Under the pieces are notes generated by a model, which was given only the letters and a program-made list of their open reading frames with translations, was not told where the DNA came from and did not search any database. A DNA stretch of 64,000 nt from positions 2,418,001-2,482,000 of the forward strand of contig NC_090399.1 of NCBI RefSeq assembly GCF_036365525.1, read 5' to 3'. Positions 13,201 through 24,000 of the stretch are shown in pieces. Origin of the DNA: Heterodontus francisci. Its lineage: Eukaryota. The number at the start of each line of letters is the position of its first letter. Position 1 is the first letter of the stretch. The position numbers and the translations under genes are program-made.

Positions 13201-16200
13201 TAAAATCTAGCTATTCAAAACTAACAAATGGCTTATCATAAACTAACATTTAGCTTTATTCGAACCATTCTTTTTCGTATGATAAGCAAAAAAACCTAGG
13301 AAATAGGGCCTAGTATAGACAAAATGTCAGGCTGGAGGAATTCTGGGAGATTATGTCAAGTGTTAAAATGCTTACTTGCAGTAAAAGCGTGAGACCTTGA
13401 GAGCAGACAGTGAAAACAGTTTCTGTACGAACAAAATGTAGATTTGTGTCGTAACGAGATAAGGGACCACGAAATGTAAAAGCATCGAGATAAAGTCAAC
13501 AAAAAGGGTATTACCTATGTAAATCAAAAAAGTTAGCAACAGCCAAAGAATGATCCTTGATTGGTTAAGAAAGCTATCCTTTGAACACAAAGCTAAAGAT
13601 GATTGGGGGTAGGAAGGGTTAATTAGAAAGCAGCCAAGATAAAGGAAGCCTTGACTTTGTCCTGTACGGCAGAGAATTTTCAAACAAGAAACGAGAGAGT
13701 GAGACACACCCACATTAAAAAAAAACTTAAAGACCAGAAGCTGCAGGAAAAAAAAAAGTTGGGCACTCTGCCATGCAGTCTCTAATATAGGTAGTATCTG
13801 TATTAGACTGTTAATCACTGCCTGAGTTTGTAACTATGGCGTTTGGTATACAAATGCAATACTGTACCAATGTGCCTCCTGGCTTGTCGTAGTCATGTGA
13901 CCTCTACCATGAGGCACTCTGACTGGAGGCAGCCATAGATAAGCAGTTTCAACAAAGACAGAGTATACAGCAGACCCTTAAAGGAACAAAGAAATAGCTG
14001 AAAGCACAGTGTAAGACAATGGCTGCAAATTTTCCTCTGCCTGCGCCGGTCGAAATGAAAGGTAATATGAATCAGATCTGGCAGTTTTTCCTTTAGCAAT
14101 GGCAAAATTATGAAATTGCGACAGATTTAATTAAGAAACCAGAGCAGCTGTGAGTAGCTACACTTTTATAACTGTTGGGGAGAGATTGTTACAAAGTATA
14201 TTCCACCCTAAATCAAAAAAAAAAGGACAGCAGAAGTCTTGAAAGCCTTGAAGGCAGGCTTTGAACCCAAAGTGAATGTAACCTATGAACGGTATGTGTT
14301 CAATATTAGGGGCCCAAGGTGAAAAAGAGTCCATTGATCAATATGTGACTGCATTAACACAGCTCACAGAATCCTGTGAATCTGCACAACTAAAAGTAGA
14401 TCAAAATAAAGACAGGACTGTATTAGGCATAAGAGATCCTGCAGTAAGAGCACTTAGAACATAGAACATAGAACAGTACAGCACAGTACAGGCCCTTCGG
14501 CCCACGATGTTGTGCCGAACCTTTAACCTTTAACTAAGATCTAAGTAACTACCTACCCTTCATTCTACTATCATCCATGTACCTATCCAAGAGTCTCTTA
14601 AATGCCCCTAATGTACCTGCTTCTACTACCACCGCTGGCAGTGCATTCCACGCACCCACCACTCTCTGTGTAAAGAACCTACCCCTGACATCTCCCCGAA
14701 ACCTTCCTCCAATCACCTTAAAATTATGCCCCCTGGTGATAGCCCTTTCCGCCCTGGGAAAAAGTCTCTGACTATCCACTCTATCTGTGCCTCTCATCAT
14801 CTTGTACCCCTCTATCAAGTCACCTCGCAACCTTCTTCGCTCCAATGAGAAAAGCCCTAGCTCCCTCAATCTTTCTTCGTAGGGCATGCCCTCCAGTCCA
14901 GGCAGCATCCTGGTAAATCTCCTCTGCACCCTCTCGAAAGCTTCCACATCCTTCCTATAATGAGGTGACCAGAACTGAACACAATATTCCAAGTGTGGTC
15001 TAACCAGGGTTTTATAGAGCTGCAGCATAACCTCGCGGCTCTTAAACTCAATCCCCCTGTTAATGAAAGCCAACACACCATACGCCTTCTTAACAACCCT
15101 ATCAACTTGGGTGGCAACTTTGAGCGATCTATGGACATGGACCCCAAGATCCCTCTGTTCCTCCACACTACCAAGAATCCTGTCTTTAAGCCTGTATTCC
15201 GCATTCAAATTCGACCTTCCAAAATGAATCACTTCACACTTTTCCAGGTTGAACTCCATCTGCCACTTCTCAGCCCAGCTCTGCATCCTGTCAATGTCCC
15301 GTTGCAACCTACAACAGCCTTCCACACTATCCCCAACTCCAGCAACCTTTGTGTCATCGGCAAACTTGCTAACCCAGCCTTCCACTTCCTCATCCAAGTC
15401 ATTTATAAAAATCACAAAGAGCAGAGGTCCCAGAACAGATCCTTGTGGAACACCACTGGTCACCGAGCTCCATGCTGAATACTTTCCATCTACTACCACC
15501 CTCTGTCTTCTATGGGCCAGCCAATTTTGTATCCAGACAGCCAACTTTCCCTGTTTCGCATGCCTCCTTACTTTCTGAATGAGCCTACCATGGGGAACCT
15601 TATCAAACGCCTTGCTAAAATCCATATACACCACATCCACTGCTCTTCCTTCATCAATGTGTTTTGTCACATCTTCAAAGAATTCAATAAGGTTTGTGAG
15701 GCATGACCTGCCCCTCAAAGCCATGCTGACTGTCTCTAATCAAACCATGCTTTTCCAAGTAATCATAAATCCTGTCTCTCAGAATCCTCTCCAATAATTT
15801 TCCCACTACCGACGTAAGACTGACTGGTCTATAATTCCCAGGGTTATCCCTATTCCCTTTCTTGAACAAGGGAATAACATTTGCCACCCTCCAATCATCC
15901 GGTACGACTCCAGTGGACAGTGAAGACGCAAAGATCATCGCCAACGGCACAGCAATCTCTTCCCTCGCTTCCCGTAATATCCTTGGGTATATCCCGTCTG
16001 GCCCCGGGGACTTATCTGTCCTCGTATCATTCAAAATTTCCAACACATCCTCCCTCTTAACCTCAACCTGTTCGAGCATATCAGCCTGTTCCACACTGTC
16101 CTCACAAACGACCAGGTCTCTCTCACTAGTGAATACTGAAGCAAAGTATTCATTTCGGACCTCCCCTACCTCCTCCGACTCCAGGCACAAGTTCCCTCCA

Positions 16201-19200
16201 CTATCCCTGATCGGCCCTACCCTCACTCTGGCCATCCTCTTGTTCCTCACATAAGTGTAGGACGCCTTAGGATTTTCCTTAATCCTACCCGCCAAGACTT
16301 TTTCATGTCCCCTTCTAGCTCTTCTAAGTCCATTCTTCAGTTCCTTCCTGGCTACCTTGTAACCCTCTAGAGCCCTGTCTGATCCTTGCTTCCTCAACTC
16401 AGCACTTCTAATGAGAGAGGAAAAACTGACTCTCAGGAAAGAGATCGACGTGTGCAGAAAAGCTGAGTTGTAAATCAGCAGCTACAGCATATTCATGGCT
16501 GAACAGACCAGGCCTTGCATTATGCTGACAGACATTCCAGACTGAAAGGGCAGAAAGATAACAAAGGGCAGGACATCACGCACAGGAAAAGAAAGCATAT
16601 CCAGCGTGGGGAGAGCAGTCTTCTCACTGTAAGAAGCGGAATCATTTTGCACGCAAGAGCTCGGTTAGAAGGAAGCACAACAAGAAAGTACAGATGGCCA
16701 CTGGAGAGACATCAGCCGAAGATTCTGACAGGTTGATCAGCCGACAGGTTGGTTCAGACAGGTTTGTGACTGTTGGAATGATGACTGCAAAAGGAGAACA
16801 TCAAGTCAACATAAAGTGACAGATAGACACCGATGCATCATACAACATCATGACCTTCACAGACCTGTGCAAAGTGGCTCAACGTGGCGATCCAAAAATG
16901 AAGCCCTCAAAAATAAGGTTGAGGCTATATGATGGCACCGTACTAGTGTTAAGAGGACAAGTTACTCTAAGAGCCCAGTGCAATGACGAGAACGAAGATC
17001 CGGAGTTCTAAATCATAGGTGGAAAGCAAAAGCCACTCATCGCAACAGAAGCAAATCTAAAGCTTGGACTGGTTACCCTCAACATGCAAAAAGAGAAAGC
17101 CCAGGAGATGGCCTAAAGAGCGGGCACTGGAACAAGAAGAACGCCTTTGTCAGTGGCAAGGTGACACGAGACATATAGGCACCAAGGAAGAGGGAGATCT
17201 GGCAGTCATCTGCTCAGGCGCCCCAGGTGGAGGCTTTGGGAAAGGAATGCTCGGATTCAGGAGAGCGGGCAGACAAAAATCAAGGTGAAATGGCAGAAAG
17301 CCAAATTTCATTTTGACAAAACTGCCGAAATATTGCCAGAATTGAGCAGCAGAGAGCCAGTCAGGGTACAAACCTTCAATGCGCTCAACAAGAGTCAGCC
17401 CAAGTGGTAACTTGGGACCTTCGGAAAACAGTTGTCACCCTGATCGTACACGGTGGCAGTGAAGGACCAGAGGTACCGTCACAACCGCAGGCACGTACGC
17501 ACAACTGGAGAAGCTGTTCCTTCATGGCAGGCGGCCATTCAGGAAGATGAGAACTCACCAACAGCACAGACCACAGAACAACCATCAGCCCCAGAGGTCC
17601 ACAGCACCCCAACAATGGAAATAGAGCAACAACAGCTACCAGGGCAACAAGTGAACAACACTTGTCAGAGAAGGAAAATCAACCAGATGAACAGCCAACA
17701 ACAACGTGCACCATTAAGAGACCGGCACAATTGAAAGACTGCGTGCAATGCATGTGCAGAGACTGACGAGAATGACAAACTGCTAATGCATGAAAACAGT
17801 TGTGTGCATCGTGAGTAACTTGGGCAACTCACAGTGTCAATGATAATACATGCAAGTTTTTTTTTGTTTTTTTGTATGAAAGGGGGGGGATGTTTATGAA
17901 GAGATACAGCACTGAAACAGGCCCTTCGGCCCACCGAGTCTGTGCCAACCATCCACCACCCATTTATACTAGTCCTACATTAATCCCATATTCCAATCCC
18001 CCTACCTATACTATGGGCAATTTTTTTGTGTGTGGGATAGAAATGTAATACTGTGTCAATGTGCCTCCTGGCTTGCTGTAGTCATGTGACCTCTACCATG
18101 AAGCACTCTGAGACTGCAGGCCGCTATAGACAAGCAGTTTCATTAAAGACAGACTGGTGTCCTGTGAACTCGTAACACATGGTTTATCTGAAAATTTAAT
18201 TAACTTGTCCTTACCTTTATCTCAATAAAGTCGATTCACAATATAGCTTTTGCTGCCAAGTCTTTTCCTGCCTTAGGAAGGGGCATAAACCATCCCTAGT
18301 TTATCTAATCTTACAGGAATGAAATCAGGAAGCACTTTCACTGCACAAAGGTTTGCGGAAATTTGGAATGCTCTGCCCCACAAAAGGCTGGGTGGAGCTC
18401 AGATGTAATCTTTAAGACTGGGATAGATAATTTTTTTATTAGGTAAGGGTATTAAACAGGGTTGCCAACTCTGGCTGATGAATTTATTTCTCCCTTCCAT
18501 GGCCCCGCCTGCACACTCCAACCATTGGTCACTTAACATGTCCATCTTCACAACACCCCTCATCTCATTGGACGATTCATGAACTGTCAGTCAAACTGCC
18601 TTTCTTTCACCCAACATTTTTACAATTACAAAACAAAAATGTTGAAAGTATTTTTATTTTTTTTAAATGCCTTATGTTGTTCTCCCAGCAGGGTCCAAGA
18701 GATTATTCTTTAATTCCGGGAAACTCCATGCAAACCTGGATGGTTGGCAAATCCTAGTATCAATGGATATGAAGCCAAGGCATGTAAAATGGAGTTACCA
18801 TACAGATCAGCAACGTTGTAACTGAACGACAGAACAGGCTTAAGGGGCTGAATGACCTCTTCCTGTTCCTATGCAGTGCTCACAGGATTTAAGTTAATTT
18901 AATAAATGAGCAACCAGCAGTGAAAGAGTTAGATTTCTATGCTATGTCTACAGGTTCTAAATTACAGATTAGGACATTGCCTGGAGTACACAGTCCAAGA
19001 ACATGCCATGTTACACTACACGATCAGATTACACATTCTAACTTCACCCTGTCTGAAGAATATTACCATGGAATATACAGCAGAGAAATCAGGCCATTCA
19101 GCCCAACCAGTAAGTCATCTCTGTATTTTTCAGTTGCACAACTAAAATTAACCTGCACTCTAAGGTGGTTTATTAAAACCATATCTCCACATTGTCAAGC

Positions 19201-19693
19201 ATATGCCTCGAAGGGCCAAACATGGGGAACTTCTTCAGTAAGCAGTGAGGCTCAAGCCAATTTTATTTTAAATGATTCCGAGCGTGTGGGCGTTGCTGGC
19301 AAGGCCAGTATTTGTTGCTCATCCCTGAATTACTCTCGAGAAGGTGCTGGTGAGCCGCCTTCTTGAAAGCAACTGAGTGTCTTGCTAGACATTTCAGAGG
19401 GCAGTCAAGAGTTAACCACGTCGCTGTGGGTGTTGAGTCACAGATCGGCCATGGAAGGTCGGGCAGATTTCCTTTTCTAAAGGACATTAGGGAACCAGAT
19501 GGGAGCCTAGCTTTTTATTCGAGATTTATTATATTCATTGAATTTAAATTCCCCCAGCGACACCCCATAAAGGAAGCAGCAGATTTAAGAGACTCTGACG
19601 CCCGTCTCGTCCTCGACTCATAGTAGCTGAGCGGTGCTTACCTGGGACGGAACAAATGGTGAGGATCAGCGACAGCTTGTACATACTGTCCAT
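1183..19693 (-). CDS. TAPBP: Tapasin-family gene (TAP-binding protein), spliced; exons 19642-19693, 9141-9359, 7722-7994, 6182-6523, 4514-4837, 1183-1284; 3' incomplete (tail exons outside window)
   Basis: Six exons with GT-AG boundaries, all introns phase 1, join into an open frame of 437 codons: signal peptide, DCWFVEE, PHCEINKY..W..LT, IgV (LDCGF..VEWR..GNASL..YIC), IgC1 (LCEIS.YYP..W..YTC.VDH), then TM GPSIEDAIGMF..AF.LYG.LK, which resembles tapasin GPSLEDSVGLF..AF.LLG.FK. Family is certain; TAPBP versus another paralogue needs phylogeny. Confidence 0.85.
2140..2737 (+). mobile_element. Solo LTR (598 bp)
   Basis: Begins TGT and ends ACA, flanked by 4-bp TSD AATT (2136-2139 and 2738-2741); AATAAA near the 3' end; splits a common repeat tail (caacaacttgaatt|tctatagtgctt). 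Confidence 0.75.
2945..3635 (+). mobile_element. Degenerate CR1 LINE fragments
   Basis: CR1 ORF2 C-terminal and 3' UTR sequence similar to the other copies in the window. Confidence 0.75.
3636..3945 (-). mobile_element. tRNA-headed SINE (family of the 45276-45670 copy)
   Basis: Reverse-complement match to the 45276 copy (gtagtgtggtggtaatgtcactggag..gggtttgaatcccacc). Confidence 0.7.
4514..4837 (-). CDS. TAPBP: Tapasin-family exon 5 (IgC1 domain)
   Basis: 324 nt, phase 1-1; EPPKLTL..VLCEISSYYPLDVSVTW..DGTYNMTS..YTCYVDH..ITLKVA. Confidence 0.92.
5245..5600 (-). mobile_element. tRNA-headed SINE with LINE-derived tail (family of the 45276-45670 copy)
   Basis: Same head and body; tail junction gcccttga|caactgagtggc. 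Confidence 0.75.
6182..6523 (-). CDS. TAPBP: Tapasin-family exon 4 (IgV-like domain)
   Basis: 342 nt, phase 1-1; VVLNVFTRSP..LLDCGFA..VEWRYQFKGSGHLV..GNASLLI..HEGSYICTIYMPNLHAQQSIDLEIT. Confidence 0.92.
7722..7994 (-). CDS. TAPBP: Tapasin-family exon 3 (N-terminal domain)
   Basis: 273 nt, phase 1-1; KPHCEINKYLPQETNLNWATHLT resembles tapasin APHCEMSRFVP..AKWASGLT; donor G|GTATCA. Confidence 0.9.
8655..9003 (+). mobile_element. V-SINE (HE1-like)
   Basis: tRNA-like head (GGTTCAATTC B box), V-domain gtggagtttgc..gtgggttttctccgggtgctccggtttcctccc, (ACTAA)n tail. Confidence 0.85.
9141..9359 (-). CDS. TAPBP: Tapasin-family exon 2 (N-terminal domain)
   Basis: Acceptor ctttctcgctacag, donor G|GTAAGA, 219 nt; (V)VSLDGLSDIGTVVDCWFVEEGGGKSSFPNSITQDQALLLFRQVP...FFDVR. 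Confidence 0.9.
9890..10625. repeat. G-rich minisatellite with GTGTCAGTATTTAC core, containing a ~98-bp unit repeated about three times
   Basis: Direct inspection; identical ORF segments offset by 98 bp (10066, 10164, 10262). Confidence 0.9.
11030..12175 (-). mobile_element. Tx1/L1-clade LINE 3' fragment
   Basis: ORF2 C-terminus with CPRGGCGGEE..HLLLEC zinc motif, WRNASSPELSNKHQDVAW; AATAAA-containing 3' end near 11050; frameshifted. Confidence 0.8.
13850..18179 (+). mobile_element. Degenerate, internally deleted Gypsy-like LTR retrotransposon
   Basis: Similar LTR blocks at ~13856-13960 and ~18047-18152; gag remnants (MAANFPLPAP..WQNYEIAT, NVTYERYVFN..ESIDQYVTAL); protease-like IDTDAS at ~16822; YRHNRRH at ~17474; PPT GAAAGGGGGGGGA then TGT at 17891; ends ..AACACA at 18179. 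Confidence 0.75.
14456..16400 (-). mobile_element. Young 5'-truncated CR1 LINE inserted in the Gypsy gag
   Basis: Near-intact RT ORF2 (391 aa plus 237 aa, one frameshift at ~15715; [15 protein letters not shown]), (TTCTATG)n tail, 7-bp TSD AGCACTT at 14449-14455 and 16401-16407. Confidence 0.95.
19270..19560 (-). mobile_element. SINE fragment (45276 family) with a longer LINE-derived tail
   Basis: Body matches the 45276 copy; the tail extends to ..gccgccttcttgaa before caactgagt. Confidence 0.65.
19642..19693 (-). CDS. TAPBP: Tapasin-family exon 1 (signal peptide MDSMYKLSLILTICSVP)
   Basis: ATG at 19693, hydrophobic 17 codons plus 1 nt, donor G|GTAAGC; phase 1 matches exon 2; lies just downstream of the ISRE/NF-kB motifs. 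Confidence 0.8.
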
Positions 19694-19811
19694 TTACCTC
19701 GAGCTCCAGCAGTTAGGGACGCTTTACAGGGAAGGTTAAAGGTTCCTAAATCTCCCCCCCAGTTCAATGCAGATTCGAGCCTGTTGTAGTTGCGGAAAGC
19801 TTTTGACTTTT

Positions 19812-19829
19812 ACTTTCATTTCTGTTTCC
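19812..19829. promoter_or_regulatory. ISRE / IRF-binding element upstream of the tapasin-family ATG
   Basis: ACTTTCATTTCTGTTTCC: three TTTC (GAAA) half-sites, including a TTTCNNTTTC core at 19819-19828, about 120-135 bp upstream of the ATG. Confidence 0.7.
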
Positions 19830-20086
19830 TATAACACCCTGTACCAAGTGGAGAGAGGGGAAGGGGTGGGAAGGAGTGATCCATCCAGAAATGTTCAGAC
19901 CAGGTGCCGGCACCTTAGACCCACTGAAAGAACAGTTTTTTTTTTATTCACTTTCTGGCAGCCCCAGGATCTCTGCGTGCCAGAGGTGAGATTAAAAGCC
20001 ACTTGCTTAAAGCCTGGGACTGAAAACGCTCCTTCCTCCGACTGGAGTGAGCTCGGCCCGGAGCGCCGCTGCCAAAACTGTCTGCT

Positions 20087-20110
20087 GGGGACTTTCCAGC
20101 AGAATTCCCC
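20087..20110. promoter_or_regulatory. Paired NF-kB sites
   Basis: GGGGACTTTCC (20087-20097, canonical kB) followed by AGAATTCCCC (GGGGAATTCT on the minus strand, 20101-20110), about 400 bp upstream of the ATG. Confidence 0.65.
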
Positions 20111-21064
20111 ACAATCGGCCAACAACAAGAAGCAACCCTCTTGGGGCAGAGACTGTAACATCACATGGGAGGGAGCTGGATAACTGACAATAAAGAGGGT
20201 TACAGGATACAGGGACCTGCGATTAGGACAAAAACCTCCACTTGATGAGCCAGCACCAGCATACTTGTAACGGGCCGAATGGCCGCCTTTTGCGCTGCAA
20301 TTTCTATGATTTTTCTAATTATAGAAATCAGTACAAGGAGTTTTTTGGTAAGGTTTTTTTTATTGAATTGCATCAAAATTGAAAGAGAGTAACTATTAAA
20401 CAGATGGAAAATGTTTCAAATATTCTAAATCAAGGTGTATCTGAATCTATCTATCAGCCTGAAAGTACTGGCAGCCACTGGCTATTTGTAGATTTACTGG
20501 GAGAGAGAGAGAGACTGTGTCCATGTACTCAGGTGTTCGCAGTTATATAAACTACTGGTGAGAGGCAGATGAGCAGTGGACAATCTACAGAAAATCATCC
20601 CCCTAGTGGCACAAGAATTGGGGTTTGTCGCCATTAATGGTCACTGGATCAATACAAAGGTAGTTCTGGAGACTCTGTCTGATGCAGGCTGTCTCAGTCA
20701 GCCAGTCTTCAAGAAAGAACTTCCATTTCTACAGCATCTTGCACGACCTCATATTGGCTTCACAGCCAATGAAGCACTTTTGAAATGTAGTTCCAGTTGG
20801 AATATAGGGAAATGGGGCAGCCTATTTGTGCACCACAAGAACTCACAAATAGCAATGCGATAAATGGACTGAGAGTGTACCTCAGGTGTCAGTTCAGGGA
20901 TAAATATTAGCTAGGACTCCCCCTGCTGTTCATTCAGAAGTGGATGTGGGATCTTGTACCTCCACTTGAGTGGGCAGACAGGGCTGACACCAAAAGATGG
21001 CACTTCTAACAGTGTTGCATTCCCTCAGTACTGTAGTGGCGGCCTGAATTAGGCACTCAGGTCT

Positions 21065-24000
21065 CCTTGTTAGTGCTACTAGGGAGGGTTTAAACTAACC
21101 TGGCTGGATTGTGGGAGCCAGGAGGTAATATTAGAGAGTGCATAGAGAATTGAGAGAGACAGATAGCACTAGAGTAGATAATAATAAGCTATTAGGTAGT
21201 CAGAGAAAGAGACAATGTAATAATGTCTGAATTAGGTTTACCATGGATGTATGTGAATGGGTGGAGTGTGGTAAGGTTGGTGAGCTGCAAGCTCAAATAG
21301 CCACGTGGAAATATGATGTGGCAATAACAGAGACCTGGCTCAACAAAGGTAGGATTGGGTATGAAATATTCCTGAATACAAAGTGTTCAGGAAAGATAGG
21401 GAAGAAAAGCAAGGAGGATGGGTGGCAGTATTAATTACAGAAAATATTATAGTGCTGGAAAGAGAGAATGTTGTAGAGGAGTCACGGACGGAATCTATTG
21501 GTTGGAGCTAAGAAACAATAGAGGTACCATTACACTACTGGGTGTATTCTATAGGCCACCAACTAGTGGGAAAGATATAGAGGAACAAATCTGCAAGGAA
21601 ATTACAGAGAGGCGCAAGAATTATAGAGTAGTTATAATGGGGGCTTTAACTATCTTAATATGACTGGAGCAGTAATAGTGTAAAGGGCACAGAGGCAAGA
21701 GTTTCTAGAGTGTATACAGGAAAATTTTCTATATCAATGTGTTTCCAGTCCAACAAGAAAGGAGACACTGCTAGATGTGGTTCTTGGGAATGAGGTGGGC
21801 CAAGTAGATCAAGTATCAGGAGGAGAGCATTTAGGGGACAGTGATCATTGTATCATAAGGTTTAAGTTGGCTATTGAAAAGGAACAATCTAGAGTAAAAA
21901 TAATTAATTGGGGGAAGGCCAGCTTCAATGGGGTAAAAACGGATCTGGCCCAAATAAATCGGAATCAAAGACTGGCAGACAAAACTATAACGGAACAATA
22001 AGCTGTCTTTAAATAGGAGACAGTTCGAGCACAGTCAAGGCATATTCACAGAAAGAGGAAAGGTACAGCAAACAAATCCAGAGCTCCCTGGATGGCTGGC
22101 AGTGATTAGTGGGGTACTGCAGGGATCAGTGCCAGGACCCCAGCTATTCACAATACATATTCATGATATAGATGAGGGAATTAAATGTAATATCTCCAAG
22201 TTTATCTCCACAAAACTGGGTGGGAGTGTGAGCTGTGAGGAGGATGCAAAGAAGCTCCAGTGTGATTTGGACAGGTTGAGTGAGTGGGCAAATACATGAC
22301 AGATGCAGTCTAATGTGGATAAATGTGAGGTTATCCACTTTGGTGGCAAAAACAAAATGGCAGATTATTATCTGAACGGTGACAGATTGGGAAAGGGGGA
22401 GGTGCAACGAGACCTGGGTGCCCTTGTGCACCAGTCACTGAAAGTAAGCATGCAGGTGCAGCAGGCAGTTAAGAAGGCAAATGGTATGTTGATCTTCATA
22501 GCGAGAGGATTCTAGGACAGGAGCAAGAATGTCTTGCTGCAATTATACAATTGGTGAGAGGAGACCACATCTGGAGTATTGTGTGTAGTTTTGGTCTCCT
22601 TATCTGAGGAAGGATGTTCTTGCTATGGAGGGAGTGCAGTGAAGGTTCACCAGACTGATTCCTGGGATGGCAGGACTGACATATGAAGAGAGTTTGGGTT
22701 AATTAGGCTTGTATTCGCTAGAGTTTAGAAGAATGAGAGGGGATCTCATAGAAACCTACAAAATTCTAACAGGATTGGACAGACACGACGCAGGAAGGAT
22801 GTTTCCGATGGCGGGGGAGTCCAGGACAAGGGGTCACAGTCTAAGGATAAGGGGTAAACCATTTAGGACTGAGATGAGGAGAGATTTCTTCACCCAGAGA
22901 GTGATGAACATGTGGAATTCTAATTGAGGCCAAATCATTAAATATATTCAAGAAGGAGTTAGATATAGTTCTTTGGGCTAAAGGGATCAAGGGATACGGG
23001 GAGAAAGCGGAAACAGGGTACTGAGTTTGGATAATCAGCCATGATCGTATTGAATGGCGGTGCAGGCTCTAAGGGCTGAATGGCCTACTCCTGCTCCTAT
23101 TTTCTATGTTTCTATGAGAGAGTAAGATGAAGCAGAAAAAAGGGTGCATATGACAGATGTCAGTTGGATAATACAATTGAGAACTAGACTAGAGAATATC
23201 AAAGGTTCAGAGGGGAAGTGAAAAATCAAATAAGAGAAGCAAAGCGAGAGTATGAGAAGACAACATAAAATAGAATCTCAATATCTTCTATAGACATATA
23301 AATAGTAAAAGAGCGGTAAAACGAGAAGTGAGGCAATTAGAGACCTAAAAGGGGATTTACGCATGGAGGCAGGGGGCATGGTTGAGGTACTAAAACAGTA
23401 CTTTACATCTGTCTTTACCAAGGAAGAAGATGCTGCCCAAGTCATAGTGAAAGAGGAGGTAATGCAGACACTGGATGGGCTGAAGATTGATAAGGAGGAG
23501 GTATTAGATAGGCTGGCTGTGCTTAAAGTTGACTTCACTAGGACCGGATCAGATGCATCCAAGGATACTGGGAGAAGTAAAAGTGGAAATTGCGGAAGCG
23601 CTGGCCATAATCTTCCAATCCTCCTTAGATACAGTGGTGGTGCCAGAGGACTGGGGAATTAGAAATGTTACACCTTTGTTCAAAAAGCATGTAAGGATAA
23701 GCCCAGCAACTACAGGCCAGTCAGATTAACCTCAGTGGTGGGAAAGCATTTAGAAATGATAATTCGTGACAAAATCTAGTCACTTGGACAAATGTAGATT
23801 AATTAAGGAAAGCCAGCACTAATTTAAGGGCGAATCATGTTTAACTAACTTGCTGTAGTTTTTGACGAGGTAACAGTGGGCGGCACAGTGGCGCAGTGGT
23901 TAGCACCGCAGCCTCACAGCTCCAGGGACCCGGGTTCGATTCTGGGTACTGCCTGTGCGGAGTTTGCAAGTTCTCCCTGTGTCTGCGTGGGTTTCCTCCG

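Noticed and set aside
14549-15724. 391-aa RT ORF as a domesticated or active gene
   Set aside because: 5'-truncated CR1 with a frameshift and TSD; lacks the endonuclease and ORF1.
23877-23950. tRNA genes (also near 4897, 25770 and 45280)
   Set aside because: The A/B boxes belong to SINE heads that continue into SINE bodies.
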